A stretch of DNA of 64,000 nt, taken from positions 35,092,001 to 35,156,000 of the forward strand of contig OX597822.1 in the NCBI GenBank assembly GCA_951406725.2, written 5' to 3'. The position numbers and the translations under genes were made by a program. Of this stretch, positions 38,741-52,790 are shown piece after piece (positions within the stretch are counted from its first letter, which is position 1; each line of letters begins with the position of its first letter). Origin of the DNA: Octopus vulgaris (taxonomy: Eukaryota). Below the pieces are notes generated by a model. It had not been told where the DNA came from. It did not search any database and saw only the letters and a list, made by a program, of their open reading frames with translations.

Positions 38741-39023
38741 CACAAAGCAGAGGGACCATGGTGTAACTCACTATGGTGTGGTAAACTTTCAGACCCTTGT
38801 CTAGTTTGCGAATCCTCTGTACCCTAGGATGGTTCAGCTCTCCACCCGTTACAAGCCACCGTTTATGGAATGAGGATAACAACATAGCTTTCGCGCCCGT
38901 GCAACCGCCAGTCTATCGCGTGTGGTGAGTGGATCTTCAAGTTGCCACTCGCATTCTTAGTAGCTTAGAGTAGGCTCGAATTAGAGATTATTCTTTGTGG
39001 CTAATGGCGTAAGTCGTGATTGG

Positions 39024-39116
39024 AAGAAGAAGAAGAAGAAGAAGAAGAAGAAGAAGAAGAAGAAGAAGAAGAAGAAGAAGAAGAAGAAGAAGAAGAAGAA
39101 GAAGAAGAAGAAGAAG
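39024..39116. repeat. Perfect (GAA)n
   Basis: Direct observation. Confidence 0.95.
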
Positions 39117-39364
39117 GTGGTAGAATATGTTATGTACATACATACATGCATGCATACACACACACACATACATATATTGTATATGTTGATGGAGAAGTCG
39201 GAAGAGAAAAAGATATTGAAGAGGTAGCTTATGGTAAATATGATGTATTTTCTGTATGTTAAAATATTTCAGACCCATTCTGTCCGTCTGTTGCATTTAC
39301 ATAGCCAAAGTAGTGGTATACGGTGAGACGTAGTATACGTTCTGTGATATCATATCTTACTAAC

Positions 39365-39930
39365 GCAGCGAGCTGGCAGAAACGTTAGCGCGCCGGGCGA
39401 AATGCTTAGCGGTATTTCGTCTGCCGCTACGTTCTGAGTTCAAATTCCGCCGAGGTCGACTTTGCCTTTCATCCGTTCGGGGTCGATAAATTAAGTACCA
39501 GTTACGCACTGGGGCCGATATAATCGACTGAATCCGTTTGTCTGTTCGTGTTTGTCCTCCCTGTGTTTAGCCCCTTGTGGGTAGTAAAGAAATAGGTACC
39601 CCCCCCCCACCGTCGCTACGTTCTGAGTTCAAATTCCGCCGAGGTTGACTTCGCCTTTCATCCGTTCGGGGTCGATAAATTAAGTACCAGTTACGCACTG
39701 GGGCCGATACAATCGACTGAATCCGTTTGTCTGTTCATATTTGTCCTTGTGGGTAGTAAAGAAGTAGCTATTTCGTCTGTCTTTACGTCCTGAGTTCAAA
39801 TTCTACCGAGGTCGCATTTGCTTTTCATTCTTTCTAAGCCGATGAAATAAATATTTGTTGAGCACTAAGTCCGACCAAATTGCCTAGCTCACTCGCCCCA
39901 GTAAAATCATATCAGGCCTTATGTTTACCT
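39365..39930 (+). mobile_element. SINE family A trimer
   Basis: Three core units; the first two share private variants (atccgttcgggg, ggggccgat). Confidence 0.85.
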
Positions 39931-39939
39931 ATAGTGGTC

Positions 39940-40170
39940 TTTTACTCTTTTAGTTGTTTCTGTCATTTGGCTGCGGCAATGCTGGAGCACCGCCTTTAGT
40001 CGATCAAATCGACCCCAGGACTTATTCTTTGTAAGCCTAGTACTTATTCTATCAGTCTCTTTTGCCGAACCACTAAGTTACGGGGACGTAAACACACCAG
40101 CATCTGTTGTCAAGCGATGTTGGAGGGGAGGGACAAACACAGACACACAAACGTATACATACACACATAC

Positions 40171-40216
<46 letters not shown>

Positions 40217-40370
40217 GACGGGCTTCTTTCAGTTTCCGTCTACCAAATCCACTCACAACGCTTTGGTCGGCCCGAGGCTATCGTAGAAGACACTTGCCCA
40301 AGGTGCCACGCAGTGAGACTGAGTCTGGAACCATGTGGTTGGTAAGCAAGCTACTTACCACACAGCCACT
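39940..40370 (-). mobile_element. SINE family B, full length
   Basis: Reverse complement of 15415-15852. Confidence 0.85.
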
Positions 40371-40939
40371 CGAACGGAATATTGGTAAGACAAGGTTACC
40401 AGCTGGTAGAACAGATAAACGTTAAACAACACGTAGCTGTATTTCTTCCACCTTTACATTCCAAGTTCAAATTTCACCAAGGTCGAATTTGCCTTTCATT
40501 CTTTTGAGGTCAATGAAATAAGTGCCCGTTGAGCATAGTGTCGATCTAATCAACTAGACCCTCGCCCCTGAAGATTTTCATGGCTTATTGCTACACTAGC
40601 GAAGTATATAATATCTCAGATAAACTACCTTTGTACAGCCCCATTCCCTGAACGCCTTTGTACAATATGTGTGAGTGCGCGTGAGTGTGTGGGCGTGCGC
40701 GCGTGCGCGTAGATTGGGAAAAAATTTTATTTACTTTTAATTGACTTAAATTTCCTTTCTCAGTGTGTGAGTGCGTGTGTGTTTGGTTGTTACTTACTAT
40801 GTTATGACGGTATTGCGGTTTTTATTTCAATGCTGTGTAATCTGTCCTTCATACATACATTCACACGCACATATGTACATATACAAATGATATGTAAGGG
40901 TATATTATGTGTGTACGTATATGTATATACGTACACACC

Positions 40940-40964
40940 TTTATCTCTCTCTCTCTCTCTTTCG

Positions 40965-40997
<33 letters not shown>

Positions 40998-41099
40998 CAT
41001 ACACATATATACATATACACATATATATACACACATATATATATACATACACATATATATACATACATATATACACACATATATATATATACATACACA

Positions 41100-41151
<52 letters not shown>

Positions 41152-41212
41152 CATACACACATATATATACATACACCTATACATACACATATATACATGC
41201 ACATATATACAT

Positions 41213-41247
<35 letters not shown>

Positions 41248-41412
41248 CATACACCTATACATACACATATATACATGCACATATATACATACACACACAT
41301 ATATATATATATATACCTGCATACCGATATATATGTATAAGTCTCCATAAAGATATATGTTTGTGTTTATGTGTGTATGTACGTATCATTGCGTATATAT
41401 GTGTGCACATGA

Positions 41413-41460
<48 letters not shown>

Positions 41461-41480
41461 ACATAAACAAACACACACAC
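40940..41480. repeat. (TC)/(TA)/(CA) compound microsatellite
   Basis: Direct observation. Confidence 0.9.
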
Positions 41481-42359
41481 ACGTGTCTGTAGATTCTTTT
41501 GCTGGGTCAGAAAATACTTTCAGTTATACACACTCACGCAGAGAATCAACAACAGTAAATAACACAAATGAAAGGAGAAAAAAAACTTTAATTTGATAAG
41601 GCAATTAGTGTTATCAGCTTTGCATAACCAGATTGGCAGCAGCAAAAGAAAGAAAAAATGGTATTTTAAGAACGGAACTGGAATCTCACTGACACTAAGT
41701 TTGTAAACTGAACATTTGGTCAAATTGAAGATATACTGTTGGCATGATGTTGTTTTGTTTGCATCTTATATATATATATATGTTTTTTTTTTATATTGTT
41801 GCTACTATTTACTGTTTTTGGAAGGCGGTGCGCTGGTGGCGGCGTTTAGGCGTTGAACTTAATGCTTTGTGGTATTGCTTCTGACTTTTTACTTTCCGGG
41901 TTCAAATTCCACCGAATTCGACTTAGCTTTAATCTCTTCGAGGTCAATGAATTGATGTAAGTACTTAATCGACGACTGGGATCTCTCTGATCGACTTGCC
42001 TCCGCCTCTCTCCTAAATTATGTGCCATAATTTGAAAGAATTATGATATTTTGACATCGGCTGGATTTGAACTCAGAACGGAGGATGTCGAAAGATAGGC
42101 TGTGACGCATTTTATCGAATTAGTCGGCTTTGTTTGTTTCAAATTTTAGCACAAGGCCAGCAATTTTAGCTGGGTGAGGCTATTCGATTACAAATTGTAA
42201 ATCGAGGTTAACTTCCCTTATTTCTCTGAGGGACCATGTAGAGGCTCTCTCTGTTACCAATGATGATGTTGTTGAAGTTGATGTTTCTGCTGTTTAACCC
42301 CAGGTCGTCCTTCTCACAAAATACACCTATGATTAAATACGTCTTAGCATGACCGGCAT

Positions 42360-42667
42360 GAAGACGCGTGGCTTAGTAGTTAGGAATATTTCGATCATGA
42401 TTGTAAGGTTGTGAGTTCAATTCCCGGAAGCACGTTGAGTCATTGAGCAAAACACTTTCTTTCACGTTGTAAAAGTGGGTAGTACCTGTATTTCAAAGGG
42501 CCAGCAGTGTCACATTCTGTGTTACGCTACATCTCCCTCATTGAGAACTATGTTAAGGGTCGCGCATCTGTGAAGTGCTCAGTCACTTACACGTTAAATT
42601 CATGAGCTGGCTCTTCCGTTAATCAGATCATCTGGAACCCTCGTCGTCGTCACCGACGGAGTACCAG
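42360..42667 (+). mobile_element. SINE family C (head type 2, tail b)
   Basis: gaagacgcgtggcttagtagttagg...gtgagttcaattcc...ccctcgtcgtcgtcaccgacggagtacc. Confidence 0.8.
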
Positions 42668-43899
42668 TTTTAACATGTCTAACGTTTTATCAGACGCAGT
42701 AGTGTTGGTGACATGAGTTTTATATCCAGAACTTCCGCTGCCGGCCTCTTTTCTTTAGAAGAGTACTTCTGTTAAAAATATGTGAACGTCGTCATAACGA
42801 TGATGGAGGCTGACCGGCCGTTGGTTTAGCCAAAGAATTGTGTCTACTACGTATATGTCTATACAGAGACTCTCTATATAGTACATTAAATGCAAATCTG
42901 AATGGCTGCTGGTATCTTTACATAATGATATATTCTTCATATGTATATACGATAATGTAAAATAGAATTATATTGAAAGATGGACGAAATTGTGTTTCAC
43001 AGAGAAATGGCCATCGGTGGTCGTTTTTTGCAAATATATTAATCCTTAATCTTCTGTTAATACTGCGATACGTAGCCAACTGTTCCTGTTGTCCATGTTT
43101 CCGATCTCTTTTTGAATTATATACAAATGAAATATACTGAGTGAGTTCAAATCCTTATATGGGGAATTACTATTGCAAATTTTTCTCCAAGAAATATCCC
43201 TGTAGATTTCTCATCGGTAGAGCGACTAGGAGATGTTTTTGACTAGAAGAGGGAATGGAATTACTCAAACATAGAAAACTTATGACTGTGCTTCGTTATG
43301 AAAGGGAATGAAATTTATTATAAAAATGTTTTCAGAATTGATGAATATTCAATTCTAAGTATTCACCATAATAACTGAGAATTCGAAATTCCACTTCAAT
43401 GTGCTGATAGACAGTTGGCATTTTCATAAATTTATTATATGAAACAATTGACTAACACTATATTTAATGTGTTTTGTAAAATGAAAATCTGACAAAAATA
43501 GAACCTTGACCCGGTAGATGCAATTCAGCTACACCGTAAGAGCAGTCTAAGAATTTGTCAGGCACTCATGTTTGAAAGAAATCAAATGAGCGGAGTTTCA
43601 ACAAAATATGTTGCAAAAGAGATAGTTAAAGCTTTTCAGGTGAAAAGAGAGTGTTATAATTAGATACCAAAACATATTAACTCCGATAGAATTAAGAGAG
43701 TACAAGTACACTAAATTTTCTCGGAGCCAAAACAGATTCATAATCAACGAGAAAAATAGCGGAATGCAACGTAATTAACATGTTCCTAATTAGCATCAAC
43801 TGACGTTTTTCAGGACGCACTGACAAAGAATCTTTCTATTTGTATCCTGCTAAATGTCGATGGAGATTTCTATAATATTTCTATCGTCAAAATGTTTTG

Positions 43900-44300
43900 T
43901 AGTCAGTTGAATTTCCGACAGAGGCTTTTGTATTAGATTTTACAAGAAGGTTGTACATAGTTCATAATGTAATTATATATCTGACACCTTTGTCTCCTCT
44001 GAAATGACAAAATAAATATTTAATTCTAAGATAGCATCAGTCGGAAAAAGATACAAAATTTTAACAGTATAGTTTTCAGCAAGTGTTTTGTAAAATGAAG
44101 GTCTACTTTTGTGAGACTATCGTCCATTTGGAAACTTACTTCCTTTCAAGGTGGGGAGGAGACGGTATACAGTTGGAACTCTTTAAGCAAAGCTAAAAAA
44201 CAAAGTACAAAACAGCTTGGCTCATGTAATAATATCCTCTGAGCGTGCTTGTGAAATTCTTGAAATCATGGAAAAATGAATGAAAGGTGTGAAATAAAAT
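43900..44300 (+). mobile_element. Possible highly decayed DNA transposase remnant (Sola-like, tentative)
   Basis: Frameshifted EAFVLDF...DTFVSS...STFVRL.PF resembles the V..FY..D...DT.....STF.RLRPFW pattern recalled from DNA transposases. Confidence 0.3.
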
Positions 44301-45274
44301 TTTACTGTTTAAAAATGTACCGTGTGATGTTTTTATAGGACCAACAAGAGATTAAATACATTCTGACATGAATATAAAACTGTGTTGTTGCTTAAGTTAT
44401 TACCTCGAAAATAGTATCGACTTGGTAAGTAATTTAACCCCAAAAATATATTAACAGAAGAAATCAAAGAAAAACTGTTAGGAATTAACGATAACGACTA
44501 AAACCGTAATTTAATGTATTATTAGAATTCTTAAAATACCTTACAGTTATGTGAATGAAGTATTTTCTATATGAGAATAAATCTCTTTAATGAAAATCTG
44601 AAGGAAATGGGATAAGCTGATGACATTAAAACACGTCTCTCAAATATCTAGTTGATTGTTTTATTTCTTCTGGATTATTTTATTTCTTCTTTTCAACAAT
44701 CCAATTGGAATACGAATTAACTTTACTGGGAAGTGTAAAACGATGTAAAGTAAAGAAATTTAAACTCTACTAATTTCCGATGAAAATATTTAATTTGCAT
44801 TAATACTATAGCTTGTTAAATATAACAGACAAGACCAGTAAAACAGAAGCTGCCAGACTGTATAAACTTATGTCGAAATGCGAAAAGGGAAATACAGTAA
44901 AAGTATGAAGAATGTGCCAAGAAAACGTCCTCCCAGAATGAACAATATTTAAGAAAATGAAAATACACATCTGTTATTTCATCAACATATCTAGGCAACG
45001 AACAACGGGCAATTCATATCAGATGTCTTCAAATCTGCTGAAGATCAGTGAAGTTTTAGGCACACTCCTTGTTTTCCTTATGTATACACAGGTGTTGAGG
45101 ACAACAACTAACATCGAGGAATACAATGATTATAAACGATAAGATACCGATAGTGACATTGCAAAATTCAAAACGGAAAACATAAACAATACACATTTAT
45201 AATAATGTGATGGTGAAAATCTAAGCCTATAATATTCAACAGACGATTGTACTGATAATACTACGATTATGAAT

Positions 45275-45530
45275 GATCAACTTAGATGGTCTGATATTCT
45301 CCGTTTAGAGGACAGCCGGATTCGAAAACAGGTGTTGTATGGTGAGCTGAAGCAAGGAAAATATCTCCAGTGCAAGCCACGCTAGTGTTTCAAAGACAAT
45401 GTTAAAATCTCTCTTAAAACGATCAATGTCGGTACTACCACCTAGGAAGATCTTACATCAGATTGACAGCTGTGGATTGCCCACTCGTGTTAAAGAATTC
45501 GAAAAACGAGATTGCATGGATTTAGTTGAA
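45275..45530 (+). mobile_element. RTE/BovB-like LINE C-terminal fragment
   Basis: QLRWSDILRLEDSRIRKQVLYGELKQGK...KPR*CFKDNVKISLK. Confidence 0.75.
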
Positions 45531-45873
45531 ACGTATTAATAAATATACGGCGGATGCTAAAATTCTCTCTGAGAAGAGCACGAAGCGCTCCTGGGCGAAC
45601 ACACACGCACACACACGAATTAGCATTAAAATATTTGAACACAACAAAGCAAATTAACACGTGACTTGTAACCTGGAACCCTAATGCTTCACAAATCCTT
45701 TGGCAGTAAACTCCGTGAGGGTCTGGGGAAGTTGAATGTAGTTTTAGGAAGTTTAGTGGTCAAAGCTAACTGCAAAAACAAACTTAGGAAATTCGAAAAA
45801 ATAGATTTAGAAATACAAAGATCGAACAGGGTCATATGTTTAGCAGAAACATGTATGTATGTATGTATGTATG

Positions 45874-45907
<34 letters not shown>

Positions 45908-46099
45908 TGTATGTATAAGCATGTGTGTGTGTGTGAATATTTGCATTTACATATAAACACAAACACGCATACACAAACACACACACATATTTATATGCAT
46001 ATACACAGACTAGTCACACGCATTTTGTGTATATATCTACATGTTCAGGTTTGATTGAAAACACAGAACAAATATAACCCAATGCATGAGTGTGTGTAT

Positions 46100-46146
<47 letters not shown>

Positions 46147-46537
46147 ACACCTACATCACATACATACATACATACATACATACATACATACTTTCATTCA
46201 TTAGTTTTGCTTGCTTTTTTATCTACGCGTCAACGGTGGAACTTTGTACAGAATTCAAAAAATCAAAATTATAAGCGAAGATATACCAAAAGCTGATGCA
46301 AGGCTAAAAGACCGGGGAAGATAATTTCAAAACATTAAGAATTTTGTCACATATCTTTTCAGAATTTCATTTTTTGAAGGTAAAGGTTAACTATGAACAC
46401 ATTCTTCGGCCTGCTTCTCTTTGTTGACATAGTATATTCTAAACACGCCTCCAGATAACTGAATAGATTTTGACATGCAGAGAAAAAAAAAGTAACAAAA
46501 ATAATGCTGAATACTAACCTAAGGCTGTCCCTTCCAG

Positions 46538-46586
46538 CAACACGAAACCATTAAAACCTGCATAGCAGAAGACGGCATGTTTTATC
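46538..46586 (+). other. Candidate 49-bp exon (unverified)
   Basis: TACTAAC branch point at 46512-46518, ctgtcccttccAG acceptor, GTAAGT donor; one open frame QHETIKTCIAEDGMFY. Confidence 0.3.
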
Positions 46587-47511
46587 GTAAGTCATTCTTC
46601 GCATCTAATCAACAGCTGTTCGGTTTCTGTAGTTTCCAGAAACATCACGTATCAAAGATTTCACGGCCTTCTTGTTTATGATACATAAAATGCATTCGAC
46701 CGTGTCTAATATAAAGGAAAATTTTCGCTAAATTAAACGCCTACAAGATCTGTCTAACTTACAGATTTAGAATCGTCATTTGCATTGCTGACTGTTTTAT
46801 TACGTGCTCAATTTTTGCTATATTCCTCAAGTTTGGTTTATGTCTTATCACGCAGTCTTCTGTGCGATTGCTGTCCAGTGTATTTGTGTGTGAAGTTGTA
46901 ACATCATTGCATCAATGCTGGTATTACTTTCATGTGAATCGCATTGGTTGCAAATTCGAAATCTAGTCATCGGTTTACACATTTAGCAATGTATTTGTGA
47001 TGTTGTCACTTTAATCTAAAATAAATTCTGTCCTATTTTATCCTAGACGTTATTCTTTGTAGAAGACAACGTGCTTATTGATGGAACTGAGATGCGTTTA
47101 ACCGAGTCTGGAAAATGTCGATTCTGTAATGAAGTGGTCCATGATATGCGGTGGAGATTGATCTCAGGACTCAAAGAAACAAGACAGCATACTGTATCTT
47201 CTTCATTTTTTCACCTATCCACTAACCTCGACTTATACTTTATTTATCGATCCTGAATGATAAACGCAATTTTGACCTCGATGGTGTTTGAACTCAGAAC
47301 GCAATCAGTTGCAACAAATACTAGAAGGCTTTGTGGCCGACACAATAATGATCCTACCAATTCGCTACCTTTAAGCATATTCTTATGTATGACGGGATGC
47401 TGACAAGAGGACCAGTTAATTATGATTTTATCCAACATATTCCCCTCATATATATTCACACACTTATAGCAGCGGTATTTCACTATACGCTCTGTAATAG
47501 AACTCGGATGG

Positions 47512-47577
<66 letters not shown>

Positions 47578-47589
47578 TATATACATATT

Positions 47590-47780
47590 CTTTTATTTGT
47601 TTCAGTTATTTGACTGCGGCCATGCTGGAACACCGCCTCTAGTCGGACAGATCAATCCCAGGACTTATTCTTTATAAGCCTAGTACATATTCTATCTTTT
47701 GCCGAATCGCTAAGTTATGGGGCGTAAACACACCAACATCGCTTGTCAAGCGATGGTGGGGGGACAAAAACAAACGCACA

Positions 47781-47840
<60 letters not shown>

Positions 47841-47983
47841 ATCCAAACAAGAAAGCACAAAAAAACACAACGCGAGGACGTGGAAAAAATATAGTATTAT
47901 TGGACGCTCAGGAAAGAAGGAAAGAAGGAGAGTTTAAAGTTTCGAGCGGAGCTCTTCGTCGGAAACATAGGAGAAGGAAAGAT

Positions 47984-48039
<56 letters not shown>

Positions 48040-48190
48040 GACAGGCTTCTTTCAGTTTCCGTCTACCAAATCTACTCACAAGTCTTTGGTTGACCCGAGG
48101 CTATAGTAGAAGACACTTGGTCAAGGTGCCACGCAAAGGGATTGAACCCGCAACGATATGACTGGGAAGCACGCAGCCACACCTGCACCC
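47590..48190 (-). mobile_element. SINE family B with a nested HHR-bearing element in its (TA)n
   Basis: 3' half at 47590-47783, insert at 47835-47985, 5' half at 48038-48190. Confidence 0.8.
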
Positions 48191-49159
48191 ATATATATAT
48201 ATGAAAGCATACACACACATCTATATATATGCTGTGTTACCAAACAGCACATGTTCTTATTCAAACGATGTTACTTTTCTCCCTTCCGCATCTCCTCAGT
48301 CAAGCAGTCAAAAGCGAATCAACACAACAGACATATACTGTTTGTTTAAGCAGAGTGTTTCTAGAAAAGTAGGAACGTGACCAGTTATTCTCTCTCCGCA
48401 ATACACGAAGGAAACAGTCTTGAATTACGTCCATCCAGTGTATGAACAACACATTAAGTAACGTTTCATAGCATCCACATAAATACCTCAACAAGTGATC
48501 CTGTATATGAGGGCTGGACCTGTATTAAATTCAAGCGAAATTTCTCTTAAGATCTTGTCTTAATAGATAAAATCACGTATTCGACAGTGTAGACCTACGA
48601 AATCCTACAAGAAGAATGAATTACTACGGTTGGAATGCCTTTGATCATAGGTCTGCCGATCAGAATTCGTTGGAGATCTAATCAACAGCAACTACTTCTC
48701 ATAACTAACATTGCTCCCCAATGATTAAGTATCGTATTAGATACCGCTGTAATCACCATAGAAGTTGTACCTAAATGTATGTATGCAATAGTTGTACAAC
48801 TGCACATACGATTATGTTGGACTGTATTCAAAAAACAAGGTTATTTGGCAAAGACTCAATTTCCCACACGCTACAACCATTGGCTCGCGAACCCACGAGA
48901 AGTCCTCGACGTTGGTGATCTACCTGAAAGAAATAGCAGATGAACCCCCTCTTAAATCATTCACAACTGTCTTTCATTTCTCTAGAGTAAGAGAAACGAT
49001 AATTTAGATATAATGTAATCTGTGATAACGCTTGCACGAAATGACAGGACCTTCGTATGTGTGTCTGCTCGATTTGGCTGATAAGGAAATAAGCAACGAT
49101 AACGGATAGCAAACGCCATTGGGTCCCCGACAGAAATACTAAGTATTACCTCTGTCGTT

Positions 49160-49200
49160 ACTACTACTACTACTGCTACTACTACTACTACTACTACTAC

Positions 49201-49234
<34 letters not shown>

Positions 49235-49590
49235 GCAGTTTCTTCCACTGCTGCTGTTACACCTACTACTACCACGACCACCTTCACGACCATCATCATT
49301 ACTCCTACTACTACTACCACCGGTATCCTCCTTACTACTACTACTGCCTCTGCTGCTGCTACTACTACTACTACTACTACTGCTACTACAGCAGTTGCTG
49401 CCGCTGCTGCTGCTGCTACAACTACTACTTCTACCACCACCACCTTCCCGACCATCATCATTACTCCTACTTCTACTACCACCGCTATCCTCCTTACTAC
49501 TATTACTGCTGCTGCTGCTACTGCCACTACTAATACTACTACTACTACTACCACCACTACTACTACCACTACTACTACTACTACTGTCTT
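49160..49590. repeat. (CTA/CTG/TAA)n tract with a ~170 bp-period duplication
   Basis: gaccatcatcattactcctact...tatcctccttactact occurs at about 49288 and 49450. Confidence 0.8.
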
Positions 49591-49872
49591 TGCAATTCTG
49601 AATAAGCAATCTACAAACCACATGCGCTCACGCAACAATGCCCCACTGCCTTCTCCTGATCATTCCTCTTTTTTAACATAACATTGTCTGCTACGCATCT
49701 CACTGTACTAAATTCCACACTAAATACTTTAAGCACTCCTTCTTCCTCAGTATTAGAGCTACAAACAGTTTGGAATTTTCTTGCCACCCACATTTCGAAC
49801 TAAAGGAACAGAAAAAAATCATCCGCGTCGATCTCATTATGTAAGGAGGCATACAAATATCATAAATGCTTT

Positions 49873-49903
<31 letters not shown>

Positions 49904-50142
49904 GTGCCTATAGAAGAAAGGATTATTATTATTAGTATTGTTATTATTATTATTGTTATTATCATCATCATTATTATTATTATTATCATCATTATTAATA
50001 TCATCATCATTATTATCATCATCATCATTATTATTATTATCATCATTATTATTATTATCATCATCATTATTATTATCACCATCATTATCATCATCATCAT
50101 CATCATCATCATCATTATTATTGTTATTATTATTATTATTAT

Positions 50143-52378
50143 CATATGTTTGACTTTTGCTATGTATTTGTACAAGTTGGTCCCAAGTCTCACGCAGAGA
50201 CCTCAAGAGACAACAAGTTAGACGTTCATGTTGGTGTTATGCCTAGGGTGCTATATATTTAGTTTTGCACATAGTATTGTTCTATAGAATGTTTAAGAAA
50301 CCATAAGAAAATTATGAGTTTGTTTTAAAATTTGAGATTACATAGACAGTCATAAGAATTTTTCGGGTAGGTATTTAGCCTAATTGTGGCAATCTTCATT
50401 GTTAATTCCAGTAGTAAAAGTACACGACCACCTTCTTTTCTTGGCAGGTAAAGTCGTTCTGTATCTGCCTTCTATGCATTGTCAACAATTTTCGTATTTT
50501 TCTGCCAAGATTACATATTCCAGTGATTGACCAGTTAATAATATTGAAACAGTAAGTCACGACTGGCATGGTTAAAGTATTGATCGCTTCGATCCTGTTC
50601 CTTACATTCATCTCTGTCTTGAGAATTGCCCTTACCCTACGATAACATTCTCTTCTGATCCTTTCCCTAATCACTGAATGCTTGATTCCATCACCTTAAA
50701 ATACGCCTAGGTATTTGTACCTCTCCGCTGGTTCTAACTCCTGTATGATATTCTGCAGGTCAAGATTAACGTTGTATGTTCCTGTCATGCTTCTTTTTGA
50801 TAAAGGTTGCTTTTGCACATTTATCGAGGCCAAATTGCATCCTAATGTCATCACTGAATTGTTTAACAATCGCTAGTAAGCCTTATAGTTGTTGGTCATT
50901 TTTTGCAAAGAGCTTTAAATCATCCATGTAAATGAGATGATTTATATTTTTAACAAAGATTTTATAGCCGTATTGTAGATCATCGAGCAATTTCGAGAGA
51001 GGCATTAAGGCAAGGCAAAAGACGAGTGGTGATAGAAAATGCCACATGCAATTCTTACATCTCCAGCATTGGAGGATTCATTGTCACTGTTCAAAGTCAG
51101 TGTGGCTCTCCATGATCTCATATTACAGACAAGAAGTTTCGCAGAATAGGTGCTATTTTATACATTTCTTAATCCAGCTATGTGGTAAACTATCAAAAGC
51201 TTTTTTATAGTCTATCCAGGCTATCGACAAGTTTTTGTGTCGTTTGTGACAATCCTCCATGATCAACTTATTGATGAGCAGCTGATATTTACAACCCTGG
51301 GCCCCACGTTTACATCCTTTTTGCTCATTAGGGAATGCGCCACTTTCTAAAGAAAACTATTCAGCCAAGACAGATGTTAGTATTTTATACATTGTTGTTG
51401 AGCAGGTTATGAGTCTATAACTTGTTGGTGCATTTGTTTCTTCACTTTTTGGAAGTAGGAATGTAACACTATTACCTAACCAAGAGGGAATCATACTAGG
51501 TTGTTGCAAAACATTGTTGTAAAGCTTTGTTAGCAGTTCATGGTTCTCTGAGAAGGCGTTCAACCAGAAGTTAGGAATTTTATCCTTTCCTAGAGACTTC
51601 CATTTGCTTGAGCTCCTGAGAGTAGATCTTACATCCTCTACCTTGATATCATCCCACTTTTGCTCTTCTAAGGAGTCTAAGTCTGTAGATATTCTATAAA
51701 TCCAAGGGGCCTTTTCCTTGTGTGTTTTTTCTTCTACCCAAATTTTTTTCCAAAATTCCTGCACTTCTTTTGATGGGACAGACTTTACAGTAACTGGTAT
51801 TTTCCTTATCTTCCTGTAAAAAGTTTTGGGGTTATGTTTGAACAAGTTGTGTCCTTGAAGAATCTAACGCCCTTTTCATACCTCGCTATGTGGGCAGCTT
51901 TAGCACATACCTTTTGCTTGATGCCTTCTACAGTGGTATCGATGTCAAGTATGTTTTCATATTATATTTTTTCTTTAATTTTCGGATTTTTGTTGGTTTG
52001 ATACTCTTGTCAAACTTAGGGTTTTTTAAACATTCTATGTCAGACATATATTGCTGAATTTGGTGTTGAATACGCTTTTGCCAAACATGCTTTTTGTGGG
52101 AATGTTGTCGTTTTTTTAATCTTTTCACCACATAGAATCGTTGAGATTTTCGTGGATGTATAGTACAGGTGGTTGAGATCTGTAATATCAGCATCATTGG
52201 GTGAAATTATATCTTTAAGTGTAAGGCGGATTTTACCAATTACTTTCAGACTTTGGTTAGAAATGCGAATTCTTGGGAGAATGTCACATTCATTCATAGT
52301 GGTTTCTTTAATTTTCACCCATTCAATCACGATTTCATTTTTTAGATCATGTAGTTCTGTTGAGTCAACATTTGTGTG
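50143..52378 (-). mobile_element. R4/Dong non-LTR retrotransposon, decayed, RT region present, endonuclease deleted
   Basis: FKHNPKTFYR, KWKSLGKDKIPNFWL, YRLITCSTTMYKILT, SIAWIDYKKAFDSLPHSWI, HLIYMDDLKLFAK (YMDD 50919-50930), YKYLG, RRVRAILKTEMN; 3' end runs into (TAA/TGA)n at 49921-50142. Confidence 0.92.
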
Positions 52379-52384
52379 ACTTTT

Positions 52385-52554
52385 CGGCTTTTCGTCCGTC
52401 TTTACGTTCTGAGTTCAAATTCCGTCGAGGTCGACTTTGCCTTTCACCCTTTCGGGGTCAGTAAATTAAGTACCAGTCAAGTATTGGGGTCAATGTGATC
52501 GACTTACTCCCTACCCACAAATTTCAGACCTAGTGTCGATAGTACAAGGGATTA

Positions 52555-52586
<32 letters not shown>

Positions 52587-52790
52587 TGGCAGGACCTTTT
52601 TCCCACGGGTGAAATTGCTTAGCGGTATTTCGTCCGTTTTTACGTTCTGAGTTCAAATTCCACTGAGTTCGACTTCACCTTTCATCTTATCGGGATCGAG
52701 AAATTAAGTACCGGTTGAAGGCAGATGTTGATGTAATCGACTTAGTCCTTCCTCTGAAATTCCTGTTCGTATGCCGAAATTTGAAATTAT
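52385..52790 (+). mobile_element. Two SINE family A copies separated by (TTA)n
   Basis: Core units at 52385-52550 and 52590-52790. Confidence 0.8.

Noticed and set aside
40767-41492. 241 aa IY/HT-rich ORF and similar ORFs throughout the window
   Set aside because: (TA)/(CA) dinucleotide repeat artefacts.
44339-44424. AG...GTAAGT-flanked candidate coding exon
   Set aside because: Stop codons in all three frames.
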